Of a stretch of DNA of 25,192 bases, positions 8,649 to 17,059 are shown piece by piece. The notes under the pieces were generated by a model that was not told where the DNA came from, ran no database searches, and worked only from the letters and a program-made list of their open reading frames with translations. The DNA is from a virus (lineage: Duplodnaviria > Caudoviricetes). A program made the translations under genes and the position numbers. The stretch spans positions 1 to 25,192 of the IMG/VR virus record IMGVR_UViG_3300033232_000128; one strand, given 5' to 3'. How positions within the stretch are numbered: the first letter of the stretch is position 1; the number at the start of each line of letters is the position of its first letter.

Positions 8649-8836
8649 TCCATGCCGGACACCGGCTGCCGGATGTCATGGACTACACGCTCGCGCAGAT
8701 GACCGCGTTTCTCGATGCCGAAATGCATCGTGGCCGTGAGCACGCCAGTCTGCTTCTTGGGGTGACCGCTGTGGCCAGCCAAGGCGACAAGCGATCCATC
8801 GAACGGCTGCAGCGGGAGCTCGATCGTGAAGATTGA
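8549..8836 (+). CDS. Tail assembly chaperone T-like segment, likely made as a G-T fusion (about 195 aa) by -1 frameshift
   Basis: The -1 frame is open from 8534 to 8836 and encodes 'WAHAIDRLIHAGHRLPDVMDYTLAQ'; slippery T TTT TTC at 8546-8552. Confidence 0.75.
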   Translation, partial: FRAAGGADDPARRRPDQRTNERPLGWAHAIDRLIHAGHRLPDVMDYTLAQMTAFLDAEMHRGREHASLLLGVTAVASQGDKRSIERLQRELDRED

Positions 8837-9467
8837 TCTGACAGCATCTGGACTGTTCGATGCTCGGCAATTCAATGCCTGGTCCACCGAGCGCCGCGAT
8901 GCCATTCGGGCGGCGCTCAAGCGCGGTATGCAATCCGGTGGCCGCGAAGTACGCGACGCGGCACGCACACAGATGCGCGGAGCGTTCAACGTCAAGCGCA
9001 ACAGCTTCGTCTCCTCGATGCAGGCCAAGGTGCTGGACAAGAAGACCGATCGCCTGCCCGCCTTGCTGGTGGGCAGCAAGATCGCCTGGCTGGGTCTGCA
9101 CGAAAAAGGCGGCACGGTCTCCGGCAATCTGCTGATCCCGCTGCTTCCTGGGCGGATCGGGCCTAAGCGCTTCAAGGCAGTGGTCGACGGCTTGCTGCGA
9201 TCAGGCAACGCGTTCTTCGTCGAAAAGAACGGCAAGGTCATCTTGATGGCCGAGAACATTCGCGAGAACGCATCCCAGCTCACTCGCTTCAAGCGGGCCG
9301 AGCGCGCTCGCACCGGAACCAAACAAATCAAACGCGGCCAGGAGATTCCGATCGCCGTGCTGGTCAAGTCCGTCTCCCTCAAGCGGCGACTGGACCTGAC
9401 CGGCGCTGTGCAGCGGTCGCTGCCGCGGTTGGCGAGCGCAATTCAAAAAGAACTGGCGAAATCCTGA
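8826..9467 (+). CDS. Basic phage morphogenesis protein (DUF6441-like, possibly gpZ-like; 213 aa)
   Basis: GTG start after GGGAG; Lys/Arg-rich; stop coupled to the tape measure ATG (TGATG). Confidence 0.65.
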   Translation: MKIDLTASGLFDARQFNAWSTERRDAIRAALKRGMQSGGREVRDAARTQMRGAFNVKRNSFVSSMQAKVLDKKTDRLPALLVGSKIAWLGLHEKGGTVSGNLLIPLLPGRIGPKRFKAVVDGLLRSGNAFFVEKNGKVILMAENIRENASQLTRFKRAERARTGTKQIKRGQEIPIAVLVKSVSLKRRLDLTGAVQRSLPRLASAIQKELAKS

Positions 9468-11974
9468 TGGCCAACAACCGCGCACAACTCCTGATCACCG
9501 CCGTCGATCAGACCCGTGGCGCCTTCGATTCGATCAAGCGCAATCTCGGCGACCTGGGCAACGCGGCGCGATCCATCAAAGGACTGCTCGGCACGCTCGG
9601 CCTCGCGGTGTCTGCGGCCGGTCTCGGCGCGATGGTCAAGGCCTCGCTCGACTCGGCGGACTCGCTGTCCAAGCTTTCGCAGCGGGTCGGGATCACTGTC
9701 GAGTCGCTGTCCACCCTGATCCCGGTTGCGGATCTGGCCGGTGTCTCATCCGAGAAGTTCGAGGGAGGCCTGCGCAAGCTCGCCACCCGCATGCTCGATG
9801 CCGCGACCGGTTCGGACGAGGCAGCACGCGGATTCGCAGCGGTCGGCGTCGCCATCCAGAACCAGGATGGGACGCTGCGCGCCACCGATCAGGTCCTGCT
9901 CGACCTGGCCGACCGCTTCAAGGCGATGCCCGATGGTGCCCAAAAGACCGCGCTTGCGGTGGATCTGTTCGGCAAATCGGGCGCCGACCTCATCCCGTTC
10001 CTCAACCAGGGGCGTGATGGCGTCGAGGCGCTGACGACGGAGTTGCAAGCCCTGGGCGTGCAGATGGGTGGCGCCACCGCTGTACAGGCCGAGGTGTTCA
10101 ACGACTCACTCGCCAAGGTGCGACTGGCGATCACGAGCATTGGCAACCGGGTGATCGAGGCCTTCTTGCCGGCCATGAACGACATGGCCAACGGGATGGT
10201 GGAGTCGGCCAAACAAGGTGGCTCGCTGCGCGCGATCCTCGATGGCGTGGTGTCGGTGCTCAAAACCCTGGCGCTGGGTGCCGCCACGGTAGGCAAGGCA
10301 TTCGTAGCGCTGGGCGAAGCGATCGGCGCTGGCATGGCGGCTGCTGTCGATGCGCTATCTGGCAACGTGTCCGGCGCGAAAGCCATCATCACGGAACTCA
10401 AGGGCAGCCTGGTTCAGCGCCTGGACGAATTGGCGAGCTTCCGCGACAGCCTTTTCGACCCGAAGCCGATCGAAGTGCGTGCGCCGACAATCGTTGCCGA
10501 TCCCACTCTGATCGATCGACTGCGCACACCCGGACGGGCTACCGGGGACAACGGAGCCGCACGACTGGCGCTGGCCAAGGCACAGGCGGATGCCGAGCTA
10601 AAGCTGCTCAAGGACGTGCTGGACCGGCAGTCGCGCAGCCTGGACGAGGCGCTCGATGGGCGGCTGATCTCGCTGGCGGACTACTACGCCGCCAAGACGG
10701 CCCTGGAAACGCGTGAGATCGATGCTGAGATCGCTCGCACACAGACCTTGTTGGCCGAACAGCAGCGCATCGCGGCGTCCGGTGCTGACGAAGGCGCACG
10801 GATCAAGGCCCGTGCCGAGGTGGTCAAGATCGAGGCCGACCTCATCGTGCTCAACAACAAGCGGGCCGATGTCGAGATCGCCAACGCGCGCAAAGCCGCC
10901 GACGCCGAGCGTGCCTTGCGTGATGAACTGGCCCGCGTTCGGGAGGCGCTGCTCGATCTCACCGGTGCTGCAACCGGTCAGGACCGTCGTGCTGCGCTCG
11001 AGCGCCAGTACCAGTCACTCATCGAGCGCCTCCGAGCCGAGGGCGACACCGAGGGTGTGGCCACTGTCGCGCGCCTGATCGACGTGAAGGTTGCGGCAGC
11101 GGATCTGGCCACCTATGAACGCCAGTTCAATGACGCGCTCAGCCGCATGCGGGCCACCGAGGAATCGATCAACCTGCAGCGCCAATCGGGCCTGCTCACG
11201 GAATCGCAGGCTCGCCAGCAGATCCTCGCGCTGCACCGGCAGACCGGCCAGTCGCTCGACGCGCTGCTGCCGCAGTTGGAGGCGACCGCCACGGCCATCG
11301 GCCCGGAGGCGGTCGCCCGGGTGCAAGCGTGGAAGAACGAGATCGCGCAGGTGAAGCTGGTCGTCGACGACGTGGCGCTGGCCATTGATGGCGCGGTGCA
11401 GGACGGTTTCGCGCAACTGTTCCAGGACATCGGCAGCGGGGCGAAGTCGGCCACGCAGGCGTTCGCGGATTTTGGTCGCTCGGTGCTGCAGACGATCAAC
11501 CGCATCGCCTCGCAGAGGCTGGCCGAAGCCTTGTTCGGCAGCCTGATGGGGGGCGGCGCGGCAAGCAGTGCCGGAGGCTTGGGCGCGTTGATCTCGTCGT
11601 TCTTCGGGTTCGCCTCTGGAGGCTACGTGACCGGCCCCGGCACCTCGACCAGCGACTCCATTGCGGCGCGGCTCTCGCATGGCGAGTACGTGGTCAATGC
11701 CCGCGCGGTAAGCCGGCTTGGGTTGTCGTTCCTTGACGCCATCAACGGTTTGTCTGCCGGGCCTCGCATCCAAGGCGGGCGCCTGGCCTTTGCCGCTGGT
11801 GGCCTGGTGCCGGAAGGCCAGGCGCAACCGGCCACGAACCAAAACATCCGCATCGTCAACGTTATCGACCCGGCGATGGCGGCCGACTACCTCAACAGCA
11901 GCGCCGGCGAGCGCACGGTGATGAACCTCATCCAGCGCAACGCCACTTCGGTGCGCAACATCTTGGGACGCTAA
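9467..11974 (+). CDS. Tail tape measure protein (835 aa)
   Basis: 'LLITAVDQT', 'ALAVDLFGKSGADLIPFLNQG', long Ala-rich helical region, C-terminal 'FASGGYVTGPGTSTSDSI.ARLS.GEYV'. Confidence 0.95.
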   Translation: MANNRAQLLITAVDQTRGAFDSIKRNLGDLGNAARSIKGLLGTLGLAVSAAGLGAMVKASLDSADSLSKLSQRVGITVESLSTLIPVADLAGVSSEKFEGGLRKLATRMLDAATGSDEAARGFAAVGVAIQNQDGTLRATDQVLLDLADRFKAMPDGAQKTALAVDLFGKSGADLIPFLNQGRDGVEALTTELQALGVQMGGATAVQAEVFNDSLAKVRLAITSIGNRVIEAFLPAMNDMANGMVESAKQGGSLRAILDGVVSVLKTLALGAATVGKAFVALGEAIGAGMAAAVDALSGNVSGAKAIITELKGSLVQRLDELASFRDSLFDPKPIEVRAPTIVADPTLIDRLRTPGRATGDNGAARLALAKAQADAELKLLKDVLDRQSRSLDEALDGRLISLADYYAAKTALETREIDAEIARTQTLLAEQQRIAASGADEGARIKARAEVVKIEADLIVLNNKRADVEIANARKAADAERALRDELARVREALLDLTGAATGQDRRAALERQYQSLIERLRAEGDTEGVATVARLIDVKVAAADLATYERQFNDALSRMRATEESINLQRQSGLLTESQARQQILALHRQTGQSLDALLPQLEATATAIGPEAVARVQAWKNEIAQVKLVVDDVALAIDGAVQDGFAQLFQDIGSGAKSATQAFADFGRSVLQTINRIASQRLAEALFGSLMGGGAASSAGGLGALISSFFGFASGGYVTGPGTSTSDSIAARLSHGEYVVNARAVSRLGLSFLDAINGLSAGPRIQGGRLAFAAGGLVPEGQAQPATNQNIRIVNVIDPAMAADYLNSSAGERTVMNLIQRNATSVRNILGR

Positions 11975-11976
11975 AC

Positions 11977-12948
11977 ATGGCCTGGACTTCCGGCACGGCA
12001 ACCAATGCCGCCGACCTCTTCAACAAACTGATCACCTTTCTGACCGCCGACGCGACCTTGGTCGCTGGCGGTGAGGCCTGGACGATGTTGCGCCGAGACA
12101 CCTTCACCCTTGACGCCAAACGCGATCTGGTGGAACTGCGCGGCCCAGGCTCCTCGGCGGGCGATGCCATCTATGTGCAGCTTTGCCTGTTCGCCGACGC
12201 GGCGGCACCCGCGTATTCGATCCGGGTTCTCGGCTCGCAATCGTGGCAAAGCGCCGTCTCGATCAGCACGCCGGAAGGCCAACCGGGCAGTTTGCTCTCG
12301 GGGGCCGGCTCAATCGGCATCGTGCCGAGGATGCCGGTGTTCAACAGCGCGATCAGCTACTGGTTTGTCGCCAACGGCCGGCGCTTCATCGTCGTGGCGA
12401 AATCCTCGGCTTACTGGGGCGCGCTTTACGCGGGCTTCTTCCTGCCCTACGGCACACCGTCGCAGTACCCGTACCCGCTGTTCATCGGTGCCAACACCTC
12501 GCGCGGCGACAACTATCAGAGTTCGGATCTCGACATCGCCAACAGCGCGTTCTGGCGCAACGATGGTGGATACGGCAGTTACAGCGCAGCGATTCTGCAG
12601 CCGAGCGGCGGCTGGGTCGGCACCAACCGCTTCGATACGACCTACACCGGTCGCGCCTGGCCTTGGGCGATGTCCTTGGAAACCAAAAAGACCAGTGTCG
12701 GGCGCTACGAGCTCGCGTCGTTGACGCAGTTGCCCAACGGCGCAAGCCCGCTGCTGCCAGCCATTCTCTACGACTGCGGCACCTCGCGTCCGTTCAACGT
12801 TTGGGGCGAGCTGCAAGGCGTATTCGCCGTGCCGGGTTTCGGGGTGGCCGCGGGCGACACAGTGACTGTGGCCGGCAAATCCCACCTGGTCGTCCAGGCG
12901 GCGACTTCCACCAATGCGGCGCGTTTTGCCGCCATCCAATTGGCCTGA
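11977..12948 (+). CDS. Virion structural/tail tip protein (323 aa)
   Basis: 'MAWTSGTA', 'YWFVANGRRFIVV', 'YAGFFLPYGTPSQYPYPLFIG', 'GELQGVF.VPG', as recalled for post-tape-measure proteins of D3112/YuA-like siphophages. Confidence 0.78.
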   Translation: MAWTSGTATNAADLFNKLITFLTADATLVAGGEAWTMLRRDTFTLDAKRDLVELRGPGSSAGDAIYVQLCLFADAAAPAYSIRVLGSQSWQSAVSISTPEGQPGSLLSGAGSIGIVPRMPVFNSAISYWFVANGRRFIVVAKSSAYWGALYAGFFLPYGTPSQYPYPLFIGANTSRGDNYQSSDLDIANSAFWRNDGGYGSYSAAILQPSGGWVGTNRFDTTYTGRAWPWAMSLETKKTSVGRYELASLTQLPNGASPLLPAILYDCGTSRPFNVWGELQGVFAVPGFGVAAGDTVTVAGKSHLVVQAATSTNAARFAAIQLA

Positions 12949-12957
12949 GGCGATTCA

Positions 12958-14100
12958 ATGGCTTACATCACCGGCGCGTCAGCGGACATCAACACACTGC
13001 TGAGCGTCATCAAGAATTTCGCTGTGGCCAACGGCTGGACTGCCAACGCTACCGACACCTTTACGCTGACTTTCCCGACCTCCTCGTTGAACGGGCGCGC
13101 GACCCACGCCAGCACGACGTCGATGATTTCTTCGGTCAGCGGCTCTGATGCGTACCGGAATCAGTCGGAAACCAGTCTCACAGCGAACCGTGTGGTGCTG
13201 ACCAAGAACGGCGTGTCCTACCAACTGTTCGCGGTCAATAAAAAGCTCTACAAGAATGGCGTCAACGGCACCTACGCCTGCCTGGAGGCATGGGTGTGCG
13301 ACGAATTCGCGACTGGTGTGGCCGCCAATCTGCAGACCAACAATCGCAAGTTCGTGATGGTCGGTCCGATGGCGACCTCGCTCTATGCCTACCACCTGTT
13401 CTCCAACGGCGATTTCGTCCATGTGGTGATCGAGGACACGCCGGGACGCTTCCGCCACCTGTCGTTCGGCTTCATCAACAAGTACGGCTCCTTTGCCGGA
13501 GGGCAGTACCTGACCGCAGGTTGCCCCGTCGAGTCATTTACGACGACGCCCTATGCGTTCAACACTTCGAATCAATCGATTCCGTTCGGAGCGAACAGGC
13601 AGGGGCCATCGCGGGCGTCGCTCGCATCGAACGGCTATCCCGGCAGCTACGTGCGGGCCGACATCGATGGCTGGACGGTCGGCTGGCGCCTCTTGACGAC
13701 CGGCTACTCGGATACCGCCAACCTCGATGTTTGCGGCTGCGCAACCTATGCGAATACGACGAACAATCGAGCGGGCTACATCGGGTCCGGGACCCAGAAC
13801 TCCCTCAACACCCTGGCGCACGATCTGGCTTACCACTGCTCCCCGCAAAGCTACAACGGTCTGGCGCCGATGCTGCCCTGCTATGTGGGCGTCAATCGCA
13901 CGCCCTACGTCGGCACCTGGACGCTACTCGGCGAATTCCCCGATGTGCGCTTCCTGAACATCTCGAATTTCAACCCAGGCGATGAGCTGATCCTCGGCGC
14001 CGACGTGTGGAAGATCTTCCCGCTGTGGAACAAGGCCTACACGCTCGGGGCGGAACCGATCAGCTACGACTACGGACTGGCCTACCGCAAGGTGGTGTAA
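12958..14100 (+). CDS. Virion structural/tail tip protein (380 aa)
   Basis: 'MAYITGAS', 'VVIEDTPGRFRHLSFG', 'LGEFPDVRFLNI....PGDE...G.D.WKIFP', 'YGLAYRK'; GAGG RBS. Confidence 0.75.
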   Translation: MAYITGASADINTLLSVIKNFAVANGWTANATDTFTLTFPTSSLNGRATHASTTSMISSVSGSDAYRNQSETSLTANRVVLTKNGVSYQLFAVNKKLYKNGVNGTYACLEAWVCDEFATGVAANLQTNNRKFVMVGPMATSLYAYHLFSNGDFVHVVIEDTPGRFRHLSFGFINKYGSFAGGQYLTAGCPVESFTTTPYAFNTSNQSIPFGANRQGPSRASLASNGYPGSYVRADIDGWTVGWRLLTTGYSDTANLDVCGCATYANTTNNRAGYIGSGTQNSLNTLAHDLAYHCSPQSYNGLAPMLPCYVGVNRTPYVGTWTLLGEFPDVRFLNISNFNPGDELILGADVWKIFPLWNKAYTLGAEPISYDYGLAYRKVV

Positions 14101-15783
14101 ATGCCCGACTTCGCCGGAGCCTTCACGTCAAACATTCTGGGCGGCGCAGCGCCCGCCGGGATGAACAGCCTGTGGGACGATGGTCGACCCGCGTACTACG
14201 CACCCACGACTGCCATTGCGGCCATTGCTGGTGCGGTCGCTGTCATCGCCAGCGGCCAGCCCTCAATCGAGGCCCTGATCGCGCGGGCCGGAGCACACTG
14301 CGGTTCGTTCTCGGACGACTACTACCACCGGATCTACCTGCAGCCGTCCAGGATCGAGTTCGGCAATCTCGTCATCCCTACAACCCGTACCGTCGAAGTC
14401 TGGAATGCGTTCCTGGACCCGGCGACGATCTTCCAATTGGATGGCGATACCGAAGGGCTGTCCCTGGGCTTCTTCCCGCCCGCGAGGATGCGGGGGCTGG
14501 AGGACATCTTCTACGAGGTCACGGCCACACTCGATGGCCCGAGCTTCGTCGATACGCTGCTGACCCTGCATTTCTCGGCCGGCGGAACACGGGATCTGGC
14601 GATCAGCTATGGCCGCGTGCTGGTCATGGGCCTGCTGCATGATTGGCAAGGCGGCTTCACCGAGCGGCTGGAATGGCACACCGACGTGCTGACGATGCGC
14701 GACGGTGGTGAGCAGCGGGTGCGGCTGCGGACCGATCCCCGGCGCTCGTTCGAGTTCGACGTGCTGGAGTACGGCAACGGTGGGCAGCTGGATCTCTTGA
14801 TGAACGTCTGGCAGTCGCGCGTCTATGCCGTGCCGGTGTGGACCGACAAGGCTTGGCTTGCGGCCGCCATCCATCCCGGCGACACGGTGCTGGCCGTGAG
14901 TACCACGGACCTGGACTATCACGCCGGTGGGCTTGCCATCGTCGGCTCAAGCGCTGGCGCCAGCGAGGCACTGGAAGTCCTGTCCCTGACCGCCGGGACG
15001 ATCACGCTCAAGCGCCCGGCGTTGGGGAATTGGCCTGCAGGCTCCTGGATCGCCCCGGCCCGGCTGGGACGGTTACCCGCCCAGCAGTCCGTCACCCGGC
15101 CAACGGCGGCGATCTCCCAGGCAAAACTGCGCTTCGAGCTGGAGGACCTGGCCTCGCCGGTGGCGGCGACGAATTCACCGATTCAGTACCGAGGCTACGA
15201 CACGCTGCTGCAGCACCCGAATCGGATCGAGGACGTCAGCATCGACTATCAGCGGCTCGTCGATGTGTTCGACCACGACACCGGTACGCCTGCGGTGATC
15301 GACATCCCGAACCGGCCCTTCATCGTGCGCCGCCACCAGTACCTGCTACCGGATCGCGCCCGGCTCACCGCGATGCGGGGCTGGCTCGCCGCTCGTGCCG
15401 GACGGCAGGTGCCTTTCTGGGTGCCGACCTGGGAGCGTGGCCTCGAAGTCGCCCAGCCCTTCGCCTTCGATGCAACGGAAATTCTGGTCCAGGCCCGGGG
15501 CTTCGCCACCTACTACCAGGCCATGCCCGGCCGGCGGGACGTGGCCTTTGTGCACAACGACGGCACCTGGACTCTGCGGCGGATCACCGCCTTCGAGTTC
15601 GTGGACGGGGTCGTCGAGCGGATGCGGATCGACGCCGCTCTCGGCGTGGCCTGCGTGCCATCCGATTTCCGGATCGTCTGCTTCTTGGAACTGGCACGGC
15701 TGGAGAGCGATGCCGTGGAATTTTTCTTCGAGACGGATCGTGTGGTTCAGGTGACTTTGCCTATTCGGAGCATCAACGGATGA
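14101..15783 (+). CDS. Tail assembly/structural protein (560 aa)
   Basis: 'FSDDYYHRI', 'VEVWNA', 'ERLEWHTDVL', 'EQRVRLR..PRR', 'GRQVPFWVP', 'ARLESDAVE'; starts immediately after the previous stop. Confidence 0.78.
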   Translation: MPDFAGAFTSNILGGAAPAGMNSLWDDGRPAYYAPTTAIAAIAGAVAVIASGQPSIEALIARAGAHCGSFSDDYYHRIYLQPSRIEFGNLVIPTTRTVEVWNAFLDPATIFQLDGDTEGLSLGFFPPARMRGLEDIFYEVTATLDGPSFVDTLLTLHFSAGGTRDLAISYGRVLVMGLLHDWQGGFTERLEWHTDVLTMRDGGEQRVRLRTDPRRSFEFDVLEYGNGGQLDLLMNVWQSRVYAVPVWTDKAWLAAAIHPGDTVLAVSTTDLDYHAGGLAIVGSSAGASEALEVLSLTAGTITLKRPALGNWPAGSWIAPARLGRLPAQQSVTRPTAAISQAKLRFELEDLASPVAATNSPIQYRGYDTLLQHPNRIEDVSIDYQRLVDVFDHDTGTPAVIDIPNRPFIVRRHQYLLPDRARLTAMRGWLAARAGRQVPFWVPTWERGLEVAQPFAFDATEILVQARGFATYYQAMPGRRDVAFVHNDGTWTLRRITAFEFVDGVVERMRIDAALGVACVPSDFRIVCFLELARLESDAVEFFFETDRVVQVTLPIRSING

Positions 15784-16583
15784 CCTATCAGAGCATCGAG
15801 GCGAGCGTCCATTCTGGCCAGCCGGTCGAGTTGTACCGGTTCGCGCTGGGAACGACCGTCTGGCGCTACACCTCGGCTCGGGATGCCCTGACCTACAACG
15901 GCGAGCAGTACATTCCGGCGCCGATCAGGCGCTCGGAGATCGAGCAGACGCAGGAGTTCGCCCGCGCGATGCTCAATCTCGAAGCAGCGCTCGACATCGC
16001 AGTAGTGCAGTCCTTCATCGTGACCCCGCCCGATGGCGTGCTGTCACTCACCATCTCTCGCCAGCACCTGGCCGACCCGGGTACCGAATTCATCACCTGG
16101 TGGAAAGGGCGGGTCGTGTCGGTGGTGTTCAGCGGCATCACGGTGCAGATGCGTTGTGAGCCGATTTTTACGACGCTCAAGCGTTCGGGGCGGCGGGCGA
16201 ACTACCAGATCAACTGCCGTCATCCGCTATACCACGGCGGCTGCAAGGTCAACGCGGCCGATTACAAGACGGCCGGCATCGTCGAGAGCGTGGCGGGGCT
16301 GGAGGTGACCTCGTCCGTCTTCCTGCCCAAGCCCATCGCTTGGTTCGTCGGCGGCAGGCTGATGGCCGCCGGGGCGCAACGAATGATCGTCGCCAGCTCC
16401 GGCGGCGCGGTGACCCTCTCAGCCCCAATTCCGGGACTGAAGGCAGGCGACGCGTTCGAGGCTTATCCGGGCTGCGACCACACGCTCACGACCTGCGCCG
16501 CCAAGTTTGGCAACCAGCTGAACTACGGCGGCTTTCCCTACATCCCGGTGAAGAATCCTTTCACCGGGGACGCCATCGTTTAA
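15780..16583 (+). CDS. Baseplate hub / phage BR0599-family protein, gpL-like (267 aa)
   Basis: ATGA overlap; 'PVELYRF', 'C.H.LY..GC', 'YPGCDH....C..KFGN.LNYGGFPYIP.KNPF'. Confidence 0.88.
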   Translation: MTYQSIEASVHSGQPVELYRFALGTTVWRYTSARDALTYNGEQYIPAPIRRSEIEQTQEFARAMLNLEAALDIAVVQSFIVTPPDGVLSLTISRQHLADPGTEFITWWKGRVVSVVFSGITVQMRCEPIFTTLKRSGRRANYQINCRHPLYHGGCKVNAADYKTAGIVESVAGLEVTSSVFLPKPIAWFVGGRLMAAGAQRMIVASSGGAVTLSAPIPGLKAGDAFEAYPGCDHTLTTCAAKFGNQLNYGGFPYIPVKNPFTGDAIV

Positions 16584-16592
16584 GGATTTTCC

Positions 16593-16823
16593 ATGTGGCA
16601 ATACCTGATCGTGTGGGTGATCACGACGGTCCTGTCGTCGCTGCTCGCCCCGAAACCCAAGACCACCACGCCACAACCCGGCAATGTCGATGCGCCGGTC
16701 GCCGCCACCGACAGCCCGATTCCCGTGTTGTTCGGTACGCGGACGATCAAGCAGCCGAACTGCGTCTGGTTCGGCGATGTGCGGACGACGCCGATCAAGA
16801 CCAAGGGAGGCGGCAAGAAATGA
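16593..16823 (+). CDS. Small tail assembly protein (76 aa)
   Basis: Hydrophobic N-terminus, 'PIPVLFGTR.I..PN.VWFGD'; AAGGA RBS. Confidence 0.8.
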   Translation: MWQYLIVWVITTVLSSLLAPKPKTTTPQPGNVDAPVAATDSPIPVLFGTRTIKQPNCVWFGDVRTTPIKTKGGGKK

Positions 16824-17059
16824 GCGAACAGCACAGTCCCCGGCAATTCGCCACCCACCTCGATGCCAAGTCCCTCGGCTATTGCAATGCTGGGCTGCGC
16901 CGCTGGTTTCCGCGCGATGGCGTGACTTTTGAGGATTTTCGGCAACAAGGCGTGAGCACCGGCTGGCTGCGGGCCACCGGAGATGCGATGGCCATCCGGC
17001 TGGCCGAGCACGTCGAGCAGCAAGCCAATTCTGTAACGAGTGAGGCAGCGAAGGCATGA
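16820..17059 (+). CDS. Small phage tail protein (79 aa, MSEQHSPRQF...YCNAGLRRWF...ATGDAMAIRL)
   Basis: ATGA overlaps at both ends; GGGAGG RBS; 'C..G.R.WF' and 'GDAMA' pattern. Confidence 0.78.
   Translation: MSEQHSPRQFATHLDAKSLGYCNAGLRRWFPRDGVTFEDFRQQGVSTGWLRATGDAMAIRLAEHVEQQANSVTSEAAKA

Noticed and set aside
14838-15779. N-terminal 314 codons of the 581-aa track ORF
   Set aside because: Shadow frame of the 560-aa tail gene (Arg/Pro/Gly-rich, no motifs); the real hub gene starts at ATG 15780 with an ATGA overlap.
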